Below the pieces are notes generated by a model that saw only the letters and a program-made list of their open reading frames with translations, ran no database searches and was not told where the DNA came from. Source: a bacterium (GTDB lineage Bacteria; Actinomycetota; Acidimicrobiia; Spongiisociales; ZC4RG35). Taken from it: DNA of 64,000 nucleotides. How positions within the stretch are numbered: the stretch's first letter is position 1; each line of letters starts with the position of its first letter. Both the position numbers and the translations under genes were made by a program. The stretch spans positions 98,424-162,423 of the forward strand of contig JAPPLW010000103.1 in assembly GCA_028819345.1 (NCBI GenBank), given 5' to 3'. Positions 38,728-47,434 of the stretch are shown here, one piece after another.

Positions 38728-40008
38728 CTATCCCCCGTACGTGATGTATTCGTCCAGGCTTTGGTCCGGGCGGGAGCCCCCGCTGTAGGTGAGAATGCGG
38801 TAGTTGGCCATTGACGGCTCTCCGACGTCCACGAATTCGTAGTCTCCTCCGATTCCCAGGTAGTCGGGATCCCCTCCGCTCGCGATCAGGTCCCGGCACT
38901 CGGCGAAACTGCGGCACTTGGTCCCTGTTCGGGTCACGTCGTTGATCTCCCTGGCGATGAGGGTCGGGTCGGAGGAGCCGGCCACCTCCGCGGCGAGCGC
39001 GATGATGATGAGTGCGTCGTAGGTCTCGGCGCCGTACCCGTAGATGCCGTGCACACCGCCTTCGTAGGCGGTCTCCAGCCGGTCCGTGAAGGGCCGGATG
39101 GTCCTGAGGTCCACCGAGTTCTCGGCGCCCCGCATCCCGGTGAGGATGGAGGGGTCGGAGACCGAGCCCCCGATGCTGGCGATGTGGCCGGCGGTCCCGT
39201 GAACGATGGTGTCTGAGGTGGGCCCGATTCCTCGTTCGTGCATGGTTGTCACCAGTGCAGCCGCCTCTTCGAAGCCGATGACGAAGACGGCGTCGGGATC
39301 GGCGGCAACCAGCAGGTCCACCTCGGCGTCGAAGCTGTCGGTGCCGGGGGCGTAGGCGATGAAGGGATCGATCACGCCTCCCAGTTCCTCGAAGCTGTCG
39401 CGGAAGGCTACCGCCAGCCCGGTCCCGTAGGATTCCTGCCGGTAGATCACCCCCACCGTCTCGATGCCCTCCGACGCCATCAGCTGCGCGGTCATCGCCG
39501 AGAGCAGCAGGTCGGGAGGGGCGGTGCGGAAGTACAGCCCGCTGTCGGGGTAGGTGGTGAAATCGGGTGAGGTGTTCGACGGGGCGAACTGGATAACCCC
39601 GGCTCCGGTGATCTTGTCGATAACCAGCTTGGAGACCGCCGAACTGGCGGCGCCCACGATCGCATCCACCTCCAGGGCAAGAAGCCGGTCCACCTCGGGG
39701 TTGGCCACGTCCTGGCTGAGGTCTCCCGAGTCGGCCTCGTGGAGAGTGACCTCGGTGCCCAGCACCCCACCGGCCGCATTGAGGTCCTCCACCGCCAGCC
39801 GGGCTGCGGCTGTCAGGGTCGGGCCGAAGGAGGCCAGGTCTCCGGTAATCGGGAACAGTGTTCCTATCACGAGGCCCCCGCCGTCGTCGGGCTCCGAAGT
39901 CGGCCCCGAGAGCATCTCCCTGGCGGTCAGGCCAACCAGAATGAGGATGAACACAGCCACCCCGACCGTTCGCTTGGGGAAGATTCTGGAGCCTGTCTTG
40001 CGGGCCAA
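38728..40008 (-). CDS. ABC transporter substrate-binding protein, LivK-like (PBP type I, amino-acid/amide class)
   Basis: VIGTLFPITGDLASFGPTLTAAARLAVEDLNAAGGVLG is the typical Leu/Ile/Val-binding-protein N-terminus. It has an N-terminal TM anchor. I chose the TTG at 40008 as the start; the ORF is open to 40188. No cognate permease or ATPase lies next to it. Confidence 0.8.
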   Translation of the reverse strand: MARKTGSRIFPKRTVGVAVFILILVGLTAREMLSGPTSEPDDGGGLVIGTLFPITGDLASFGPTLTAAARLAVEDLNAAGGVLGTEVTLHEADSGDLSQDVANPEVDRLLALEVDAIVGAASSAVSKLVIDKITGAGVIQFAPSNTSPDFTTYPDSGLYFRTAPPDLLLSAMTAQLMASEGIETVGVIYRQESYGTGLAVAFRDSFEELGGVIDPFIAYAPGTDSFDAEVDLLVAADPDAVFVIGFEEAAALVTTMHERGIGPTSDTIVHGTAGHIASIGGSVSDPSILTGMRGAENSVDLRTIRPFTDRLETAYEGGVHGIYGYGAETYDALIIIALAAEVAGSSDPTLIAREINDVTRTGTKCRSFAECRDLIASGGDPDYLGIGGDYEFVDVGEPSMANYRILTYSGGSRPDQSLDEYITYGG

Positions 40009-40269
40009 TGTCTCTCTGTTGTCGGCGCGACCCCAAGAATAAGGAACCCGGACGGCCAGGTCCCTCCTTTTTGGCGGTCCGGGCTGGGGGCAAACGGGCT
40101 GAGAAGCCGGCAGCACTGCTAGAGGTAGCATCAGCGCCATGCGCACCGGGATATATCTGTTTCTGGTCTGGGGAGTGCCGGTGACCACCGTCGGGACTCT
40201 CTGCTACCTGGCTTACTCCCGGCGGAGTCGGGCGGGCCGGTCCCTGCGCCGGCGCTGAGGCGGGACAGG

Positions 40270-40962
40270 ATGGAGTTCCTGTGGGGAGTCTTGGCGGACG
40301 CGGTGGAGGTCCTGTCCCGGGCCGGGCCCGAACTCTGGATGGTGGTGGCCCTCACCCTCGCCGTCTCCGCAGCTTCCACCGGGATCGGCGTGCTGCTGGG
40401 GGTCCCGCTGGGAGCGGCTCTTGCGCTCGGCCGGTTTCGGGGAAGAGGAGTCCTGCGATTGGCGGTGAGCGTTGGCATGGGGTTCCCGCCGGTTCTGGCA
40501 GGACTCCTTCTCCTCCTGGTGTTCTGGCGGTCGGGTCCCCTGGGAGGTCTCGGTCTGATCTTCACCCCGACCGCAATGGTGATCGCCCAAGTAGTCCTGG
40601 CAACTCCGGTTGCGGCCGGGGTCGTCTCCGGGTCTATCAGAGGTTTGGGCATGGTCCCCATGGAGCAACTGGCCGCTTTGCGGCTGGGGCGGGTGGCGCG
40701 GGGGATGGTTGCGGTGCGGGAGGCGCGGGCCGGCGTGGCCACCGCCGTGGCGGCTTCCTTCGGGAGGGTGGTGGCCGAGGTTGGGGCGGTGCTGGTGGTG
40801 GGAGGCAACATCGTGGGGGAGACCCGGGTGCTGACCACCCTGATAGTTGAGGAGTCGCGCCAGGCCCGGTTCGGGGCGGCGGTGGCGGCCGGCGCGGTTT
40901 TGCTGGTCATCGCCCTGGTCGTGAACGTGGCCGTGGGCCGGTTGGGAGGAGACGGACCATGA
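40270..40962 (+). CDS. ABC transporter permease, oxyanion (tungstate/molybdate TupB-like) type
   Basis: Membrane protein of 230 aa with five to six TM helices, resembling small anion ABC permeases. ATGA overlap with the downstream ATPase. Confidence 0.65.
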   Translation: MEFLWGVLADAVEVLSRAGPELWMVVALTLAVSAASTGIGVLLGVPLGAALALGRFRGRGVLRLAVSVGMGFPPVLAGLLLLLVFWRSGPLGGLGLIFTPTAMVIAQVVLATPVAAGVVSGSIRGLGMVPMEQLAALRLGRVARGMVAVREARAGVATAVAASFGRVVAEVGAVLVVGGNIVGETRVLTTLIVEESRQARFGAAVAAGAVLLVIALVVNVAVGRLGGDGP

Positions 40963-41945
40963 GAGTCTCGTTGCGTTACCCGAGCCGTGATCCCGTTCTG
41001 GACGTGGAGGGACTGGAGTTGATCGAGGGTCGCCGGACGGTGGTCTTCGGGCCCAACGGAGCCGGCAAGACGACGCTCGTGAGGTTGCTGGCGGGGACCC
41101 TCCCCGGAGGACCGGAATGGGAGTGTGCCTACCTGCCCCAGACCCCCCATCTCTTCCGGGGAGGGACCGGTTGGAACCTGGGGTTGGGCCTGGATGCCCG
41201 CCAGTCCGCCCGCGCCACAGAACTCGCCGCCCGACTGGGAATGGGAGACCGGCTGTCGGAGCCCGCAGCCCTTCTGAGTGGAGGGGAGAGGCAGAGGATT
41301 GCAGTGGCCCGGGTGCTTGCCCGACAGGAACCGTGGGTGCTGCTGGATGAGCCGCTGGCGCCGATAGACGCCGAGGACCGTGCGGCGGTGGCCAAGCTGA
41401 TCGCCGAGGGGGTGGGGGACCGGGGGGCGGTGATCGTCACGCACGATCTGGAGACAGCGGCCGCGCTGGGCACCCACATGGCCGTGCTGGTGGAGGGTCG
41501 GCTGCGCCAGCAGGGACCTCTCGGGGAGGTGTTGTCTCATCCGAGCGATTCGCGGGTGGCGGGGGTGGTGGGGGTCTCCAATCTCTGGGAGGGCGTAGGG
41601 GTGGCCCGGATGGGTAGCTTCGCGGCTGCCATGGTGGGGTCCGTGCAGGTGTGGGGTGTTGGGAACATCGAGGTTGGGACTCCCTGCCGGGTGCTTTTCC
41701 GGGGAGAGTCCGTGGCCATGCTGGGCGCCGGCGAGGGGTCCGGTTCGGTGCGTAACCGGTGGGCCGGCCGGGTGGCCGAGGTCCGTCAGGGCGGTCGCTG
41801 GGTGGAGTTGGAGGTGGATGTGGGGGGCGTGGAGGTCACCGCGGTGATCACTCCGGGGGCGATGGACGAGATGGGCCTGGAGATCGGTTCGACGGTGGTG
41901 ACCGGGGTGAAGGCATCCGCGGTGCGGTTGCTCCCCGGCGGTTGA
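40959..41945 (+). CDS. ABC transporter ATP-binding protein with a C-terminal TOBE/Mop domain (ModC/TupC-like)
   Basis: Walker A GPNGAGKTT. Signature LSGGERQR. Walker B VLLDEPLAPID. C-terminal SVRNRWAGRVAEV..VTAVITPGAMDEMGLEIGSTVVTGVKASAV is typical of a TOBE domain. Confidence 0.85.
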   Translation: MRVSLRYPSRDPVLDVEGLELIEGRRTVVFGPNGAGKTTLVRLLAGTLPGGPEWECAYLPQTPHLFRGGTGWNLGLGLDARQSARATELAARLGMGDRLSEPAALLSGGERQRIAVARVLARQEPWVLLDEPLAPIDAEDRAAVAKLIAEGVGDRGAVIVTHDLETAAALGTHMAVLVEGRLRQQGPLGEVLSHPSDSRVAGVVGVSNLWEGVGVARMGSFAAAMVGSVQVWGVGNIEVGTPCRVLFRGESVAMLGAGEGSGSVRNRWAGRVAEVRQGGRWVELEVDVGGVEVTAVITPGAMDEMGLEIGSTVVTGVKASAVRLLPGG

Positions 41946-41946
41946 G

Positions 41947-42750
41947 ATGGGAGGCCGGTCGTGGCTGACAGCGGTCCTGGCGGCCGGGCTGGCGGCGGGA
42001 GCATTGGGGGGATGTTCGCCGGACGAGACCAGGGTGACGGTGGTGGCGGGCACGACCCTGGTGGACGGGAAACTCCTGGAGAGGGTGGCCGCCGACTATG
42101 AAGCGCAGCGTCCGGACGTGCGCTTGAGTGTGGTGGGCGCCCCGACGGCCCGGGCGTTGGCTCTGGCGGAAGCGGGATCGGCGGATGTGACCGTCACCCA
42201 TGACCCTTCGCTGGAGGAGCGCTTCATCTCCGAAGGAAGGGCGGAGTTGGCGGTGGAGGTGTTCTCGAGTCGATTCATCCTGGCCGGCCCCCGGCGGGGG
42301 TCCGCGTCGTTGGGGGGAGTGTCGGCGGTTGAAGCGTTCAAAAGGATCGCCGAGCAGGGTCACCTGTTCGTCAGCCGGGCAGACGGATCCGGTACCCACC
42401 AGGTGGAGAAGGAGATCTGGGATCGGGCGGGGCTGGATCCGACCAGCAGGGAGTGGTATGTGGAGACACGGCAGGGAATGGGTTTGACCCTGCAGGTGGC
42501 GTCCCAGAGGGAAGCCTTCGTCCTGGTGGAGTTGAGCGTCTTCCTGACCGCGGAGGAGACCACGGGCCTGGTGGACGCGGCGCTGGATCCGGTGGGGCTG
42601 GACAACTCCTACCGGGCCATGGCGGTGAAGGGTTCTCCGGTGACGGATGAGTCGCTGGCATTTGTCGAGTGGCTGGGGTCTCAGAGGGGGAGGGAGGCTG
42701 TGAGAAGGGCGAATTTGGAGTTGTACGGCGTCCAGATATTCGAGCCATAG
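41947..42750 (+). CDS. Periplasmic substrate-binding protein, TupA/PBP2-like
   Basis: Signal peptide with lipobox (LAAGALGG-CSPD). VVAGTTLVDGKLLERV and ADVTVTHDPS blocks resemble tungstate/phosphate-type PBP2 proteins. It starts 1 nt after the ATPase stop. Confidence 0.65.
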   Translation: MGGRSWLTAVLAAGLAAGALGGCSPDETRVTVVAGTTLVDGKLLERVAADYEAQRPDVRLSVVGAPTARALALAEAGSADVTVTHDPSLEERFISEGRAELAVEVFSSRFILAGPRRGSASLGGVSAVEAFKRIAEQGHLFVSRADGSGTHQVEKEIWDRAGLDPTSREWYVETRQGMGLTLQVASQREAFVLVELSVFLTAEETTGLVDAALDPVGLDNSYRAMAVKGSPVTDESLAFVEWLGSQRGREAVRRANLELYGVQIFEP

Positions 42751-42784
42751 TCATGTCAGCGATTCGGTAGGGTTGCGGTTGTCG

Positions 42785-44251
42785 ATGGAGAGATTCACGA
42801 AGATCGTGTCCACCCTGGGGCCGGCGGTGGCGTCCCCCGAGAAGATCAGGGAGTTGGTGGCGGCCGGCATGGATGTGGCCCGGCTCAACTTTTCCCATGG
42901 CGACCATGATCTTCACCGCCGGTTTGTGGAGTGGGTAAGGGAGGCAGGACAGAAGGAGAAGAAGACGGTGGCGGTCCTCCAGGACATCTCCGGTCCCAAG
43001 CTGAGGGTCGGGAGGGTGGTGGACGGGAGGATCACCCTGCGCGCCGGCGAACGGGTCTCCCTGGTTCCCGGGCACGCCTCTGCGGGGAACGGCCGGACCA
43101 TTCCCATCAATTATCCGAGGCTGCTCGAAGACCTGGGAGAGGGAGACGGGGTGGTGCTTGCCGACGGGCTGATCAGGATGACGGTGGTGGAGAGACTGCC
43201 GGACCGACTGGTGGCCGAGGTGACGTGGGGGGGCGAACTGACCAGCGGCAAGGGGGTGGCATTCCCCGAAACCCTCTTGCAACTGCCTCCCGTTACCGAA
43301 AAGGACCGGGCCGACCTGGAGTTGGGAGCCGAACTCGAGGTGGACTACGTGGCAGCCTCCTTCGTACGGACCGGGGACGACGTCCGGGCCATCAAGCAGT
43401 TGGCGGGTGAGGCGCCTGTCATCGCCAAGGTGGAGTTGGCGGCTGCCTACCAGAACCTGGATGAGATCCTGGCCGAGGCGGACGGGGTGATGGTGGCCAG
43501 AGGCGACCTTGGCGTGCAACTACCCCTGGCCCGGCTTCCGATAGTGCAGGCGGACATCCTTCGCCGGACCAACCGCGCTGGGCTGATTTCCATCACCGCC
43601 ACCGAGATGCTGGAGTCCATGACCCGATCGCCTCGACCCACCCGGGCGGAAGTGACCGACGTGGCCACCGCGGTGGCCGCCGGCAGCGACGCGGTGATGT
43701 TGTCGGCCGAGACGGCGGTGGGGGACTACCCCGTCCGGGCGACCGAGGTGATGGCCGAGATCTGCGTCGAGATGGAGAAGGAACTCCTGAAGGCGCAGGG
43801 CGATCCGGCGGTTCCCTATATCACCGCGGGCGGCGGCACCGCTTCGGCGGTTGCCCGCTCGGCGGTGGACGCGGCTCACAACCTTGGCGTGGACACCCTG
43901 GTGGCCTTCACCGAGTCCGGGTCGACTGCCCTGCTCCTCTCCAAGTACCGTCCCAGGGCTCGAATCATCTCTTTCACCCCCGTGGTGCGCGCCCTGCGAC
44001 AGGCGGCGCTCTACCGGGGAGTCACTCCCCTCGAGTTCGCCCGGAGGGACCACACCGACCTGATGTTCGCGGCGGCAGAGAAGATCCTGGAGAGGGAGGG
44101 GATTTGCCGGCGGGACGACTTGGTGGTGATGGTGGCGGGAACCCCTCCCAACCAGGAGGCCTCCACCAACCTGTTCAAGGTCCAATCCATAGGAGAGAGG
44201 CACCGCCGGACCTTCGCCCCGCAACGAGGGGTGGTCGGTCGTCGCAACTGA
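42785..44251 (+). CDS. pyk: Pyruvate kinase
   Basis: N-terminus TKIVSTLGPA. RLNFSHG. MVARGDLGVQLP. ATEMLESM. 488 aa from the ATG at 42785. Confidence 0.95.
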   Translation: MERFTKIVSTLGPAVASPEKIRELVAAGMDVARLNFSHGDHDLHRRFVEWVREAGQKEKKTVAVLQDISGPKLRVGRVVDGRITLRAGERVSLVPGHASAGNGRTIPINYPRLLEDLGEGDGVVLADGLIRMTVVERLPDRLVAEVTWGGELTSGKGVAFPETLLQLPPVTEKDRADLELGAELEVDYVAASFVRTGDDVRAIKQLAGEAPVIAKVELAAAYQNLDEILAEADGVMVARGDLGVQLPLARLPIVQADILRRTNRAGLISITATEMLESMTRSPRPTRAEVTDVATAVAAGSDAVMLSAETAVGDYPVRATEVMAEICVEMEKELLKAQGDPAVPYITAGGGTASAVARSAVDAAHNLGVDTLVAFTESGSTALLLSKYRPRARIISFTPVVRALRQAALYRGVTPLEFARRDHTDLMFAAAEKILEREGICRRDDLVVMVAGTPPNQEASTNLFKVQSIGERHRRTFAPQRGVVGRRN

Positions 44252-44352
44252 GGGCATGTTGCTGTCGGTGGATTCCCCGGGCCGATCCGAGGGGTCCCGT
44301 AGCCGGCAGGGTCCCCGGCTAGAATCTCCCGAGCGAAGATGAAAGGGAACCC

Positions 44353-44652
44353 TTGGGCCAGCAGATAGAGATCCTCTCCACGGAGATGGTCGGCGACGTC
44401 CTCGTGATCGACACCAACCGTACCCTGGGGGGCCAGGACGGGGAGAGCTATGGCGACTCCGACGCCGCCCGGTCCCAGAAGACCTTCCCTGCTCGCCTTT
44501 CGGTCCGCTTGATGGACCTCGACCCGAGCATCAACCGGGTCTTCACCTTATCCAACACTCTCACCTTGCGCCGTTCGGGCGGATGGACCGAGGGGCAGGT
44601 GGAGAGGGTGTCAGAGTCGATCGGGGAATTCTTTCTCTTCTACTCGGAATAG
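44353..44652 (+). CDS. Small conserved-looking hypothetical protein
   Basis: 99-aa soluble ORF with a TTG start and a purine-rich stretch upstream. GC-rich third codon positions. I recognise no motif. Confidence 0.45.
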   Translation: MGQQIEILSTEMVGDVLVIDTNRTLGGQDGESYGDSDAARSQKTFPARLSVRLMDLDPSINRVFTLSNTLTLRRSGGWTEGQVERVSESIGEFFLFYSE

Positions 44653-44690
44653 TCCACAGAACGACTTTCTACCCGTCGGTTGACCTGGGC

Positions 44691-46790
44691 CTACTGTTCG
44701 CTGTCGTCCAACGGCGCCTGCTCTTCCTCTTCTTCGATGGGGCCTTGACCGTCCTCGTCGTCGATAGGGAGTTGCCCTTCCTCTTCGGGCAGCAACTCGG
44801 GGAAGCGGTCGGTCAGTTCCTCGGGCAACTCCGGGGAGACCTCCTCCTCGGGTTCGGGACACACCAGTTCCGCTCCTTCAGCGGTTGAGCCCACCGCTCC
44901 GGCCCCCGCACTTGACCCCGTCTCGTCCTCCTCGGGCGTCGTCAGCACTCCCGCATCGGTGAGATAGGCCATCAAGCAGGGATGCATCTCCACGATCTCC
45001 TGGCGAGGTATGTAGCGAACCGTCCAGATCCGGTTGTCGGTCTCCTCCCCCTGCCTGATGGTCCGGGTCACCTTCACGGTCCATCCCACTTTGGCGGTCT
45101 GGATTTCCTCGGCCTCGCCCGGGGCCAGTTCCGGGTTGGCGCGGTACAGAATCTCGGGTGGTTCCCGTTCGTCGGTGCGTTCTGAGAGCATGGCCGAAAC
45201 CACCCGCGCCTGGGGTCCCCCCTCCGACAGGATTCGCAGACGGCCTTCCCCGTCCCTCCAACGTCCGATCACCATGCGTCCGTCGTTGTCACCGAAGAAC
45301 TTCACCGTTATGGAGGTGTCGGTGTACTCGGTCCTGATCAGCACGTGTGAGGGAGAGTCGTTGCGGAAGACCAGGTCCACCTCGGGCCAGTTGATGGTGG
45401 CCTCGATGCCCTCGGGATAGCGGGTGAAATGAAAGCTGTGGGTCTTGTGGGTGATGTCCTCATACCCGCCCCAGAAAACCGCGTTGTAGAACGTGGTGGC
45501 GAACTGGCTCACCCCACCGCCCACGGTGTCGGTCAACTCTCCCCTCACCAATGTGCCCGCTTCCACGAATCCGCCCTCCTCGGTCCTCTCTCCCACATGA
45601 CGGTTGAGGCTGAATGTCTCCCCGGGCGGCACGAGGGCGTCGTTGACCCGGTCGGCGAAGAGTTGGATGTTGTTGACCCGGGGTGCGCAGCAATCGTGGT
45701 ATGTCGTGTACTGGGACACCAGGTGGCGGATTCCCAGATTCTCGATGTCCTGGGTGGTGACGTGGGGCTGGGTGCCGGCGACTTTGGTCAGAACCCCTTG
45801 GCGTTCTCTGCCCGCGGCGAGAGTCTCCAGCATGTCGCCCACTGTCTCCACGTCAACTCCGATACCCGTCTCGGAAGGGTGGATGATCACCCGGTCGTTC
45901 TCGTCGATTTCGTAGTAGGCGTTGACGGGAGGGGTCCCCAGCTGATCGTTTATCGCCGACACCTTGCGGGTTACCAGCCTGCGGTCGATGTTCAGTTGCA
46001 CGGAAGGGGACCGGTTGAGGTCGAAACTGAAGATTGTGGCGTCGGCTATCTCCTGGGCGGTGAACACCAACTCGGCGCCGGTGTCGGGATCATTGAAGAC
46101 CACCGGGGCGGATATCCATTGCTCCACTGTCTCGACGGCGGCGGTGATCTGTTCGATGTCGGTGTCAGGCTCCACCAGCACGGTGCGCAAACGCACGGTC
46201 CCGCCCCCGTTCAGGGCTGCTGCCTTGATCTCCACATCGGCCTCCGAACTGTCCAGGAGCCAGCCCGGAGACGGGTAGCTGGGAACGGGTCGGCCGTTCA
46301 CAAACTCCAGGGTTCCCTCTACCGGGCGTATGCCATGCTGTTGGTCCAGGCCCTTCACGAAGTCCTCCACCAATGCCTGGTTGATGGTGGCCATGGGAAC
46401 CAGGACAAGGGGGATGGGGTCGTCCCAGGGACTCCTGAGCCACCGTCTCCACCTGTTGACGAAGCTCCCCTCCCTTTCGTTTCGCATCGCTCGGTCCACC
46501 AGTTCCCCGACGTTCAGGCGATATCCGAATTCGGAGGCCGTCACGGCGGACGGTTCGCCGTTGACGACGATCTCGATCACCGCTTCCCCCTGCTGTGACT
46601 CCATCTCAGACAGAACGGCTTCGGCCTCGCTTCTCTCGAGGCCAGCGAGGCTCACTCCCGAGACTGTCACGGATCCGAGAACCACTCCCTGGTGGGATCG
46701 GCTCCACACCGCATAGCTGCCCAAACCGGCCATGATCAGGGCGGTTGTGCCGATCAGGGCGATCAGCAGCAGCCGGGATGTGCGGGACAT
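44691..46790 (-). CDS. VanW-domain protein with an N-terminal anchor, a G5-like domain and an acidic C-terminal tail
   Basis: N-terminal TM helix (LLLIALIGTTALIMAGL). VanW core FSLNRHVGERTEEGGF..GGGVSQFATTFYNAVFWGGY..HSFHFTRYP. G5-like VGWTVKVTRTIRQGEE. Glu/Asp/Pro-rich tail of about 60 aa. Confidence 0.85.
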   Translation of the reverse strand: MSRTSRLLLIALIGTTALIMAGLGSYAVWSRSHQGVVLGSVTVSGVSLAGLERSEAEAVLSEMESQQGEAVIEIVVNGEPSAVTASEFGYRLNVGELVDRAMRNEREGSFVNRWRRWLRSPWDDPIPLVLVPMATINQALVEDFVKGLDQQHGIRPVEGTLEFVNGRPVPSYPSPGWLLDSSEADVEIKAAALNGGGTVRLRTVLVEPDTDIEQITAAVETVEQWISAPVVFNDPDTGAELVFTAQEIADATIFSFDLNRSPSVQLNIDRRLVTRKVSAINDQLGTPPVNAYYEIDENDRVIIHPSETGIGVDVETVGDMLETLAAGRERQGVLTKVAGTQPHVTTQDIENLGIRHLVSQYTTYHDCCAPRVNNIQLFADRVNDALVPPGETFSLNRHVGERTEEGGFVEAGTLVRGELTDTVGGGVSQFATTFYNAVFWGGYEDITHKTHSFHFTRYPEGIEATINWPEVDLVFRNDSPSHVLIRTEYTDTSITVKFFGDNDGRMVIGRWRDGEGRLRILSEGGPQARVVSAMLSERTDEREPPEILYRANPELAPGEAEEIQTAKVGWTVKVTRTIRQGEETDNRIWTVRYIPRQEIVEMHPCLMAYLTDAGVLTTPEEDETGSSAGAGAVGSTAEGAELVCPEPEEEVSPELPEELTDRFPELLPEEEGQLPIDDEDGQGPIEEEEEQAPLDDSEQ

Positions 46791-46894
46791 GACGAGGGGA
46801 AGGAGGAGAAGATGACTCGGTAAAGTGTAGAGAAGGAGGAGAGACTATCTGGACCTCCTAAAGCCGCCCCCGACCAGAACAGGACTGCCGGATC

Positions 46895-47434
46895 ATGGAA
46901 GCAATCACCGAATGGGTGTTCATTGAAGAAACGATCGGCACGCTGGTTACTGCCGGGGGCCTGTGGATCGGTTACCTAGCCATTAGAAGGGCCGGAGAAC
47001 GGGTTGTCGCGGAGATGGCCGAACGCGGCGAGGAGCACGGCGCCAGGGCTGCGAGTCTATGGTCGCTGGTGCGGAGGATTGTGATGATCGCCCTGGTCAT
47101 CACCGCGGGACTGATGATCATCTCGGTGTGGGGCTTGCCGTTGGCGCCATTCCTGGGGGTTGCCTCCGCCGCCGGCGTGGCGATCGGCTTGGGAGCGCGG
47201 GGCCTGGTGCAGAATGTCATTTCGGGGTTCTTCATCCTGCTCGAGGACCAGTACCGCATCGGCGACAGGATCAAGAGCGGGGCTGCTACCGGTGAGGTGA
47301 TCGACATCCGTCCCCGGGTGACAATCCTGCGTGACGACGAAGGGGTGATCTACTACGTGCCCAACGGCGCGCTGGGCGGGTCGGTCTCCATGGTGTTCCC
47401 CCCCGAGTCCCCGTCCGAGGAATCCGCCTCGTAG
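46895..47434 (+). CDS. Short mechanosensitive-channel (MscS) family protein
   Basis: Pore-helix and beta-domain motif GLVQNVISGFFILLEDQYRIGDRIK..GEVIDIRPRVTILRDDEGVIYYVPNG. Only 179 aa, so the usual C-terminal alpha/beta domain is absent. Confidence 0.75.
   Translation: MEAITEWVFIEETIGTLVTAGGLWIGYLAIRRAGERVVAEMAERGEEHGARAASLWSLVRRIVMIALVITAGLMIISVWGLPLAPFLGVASAAGVAIGLGARGLVQNVISGFFILLEDQYRIGDRIKSGAATGEVIDIRPRVTILRDDEGVIYYVPNGALGGSVSMVFPPESPSEESAS

Noticed and set aside
40131-42053. 640-aa minus-strand ORF spanning the whole Tup/Mod-like ABC operon
   Set aside because: It is antisense to three genes with clear ABC permease, Walker/TOBE and binding-protein signatures. Its translation is Pro/Arg/His/Gly-rich low complexity with no motif. 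This is the typical shadow ORF of a high-GC genome.
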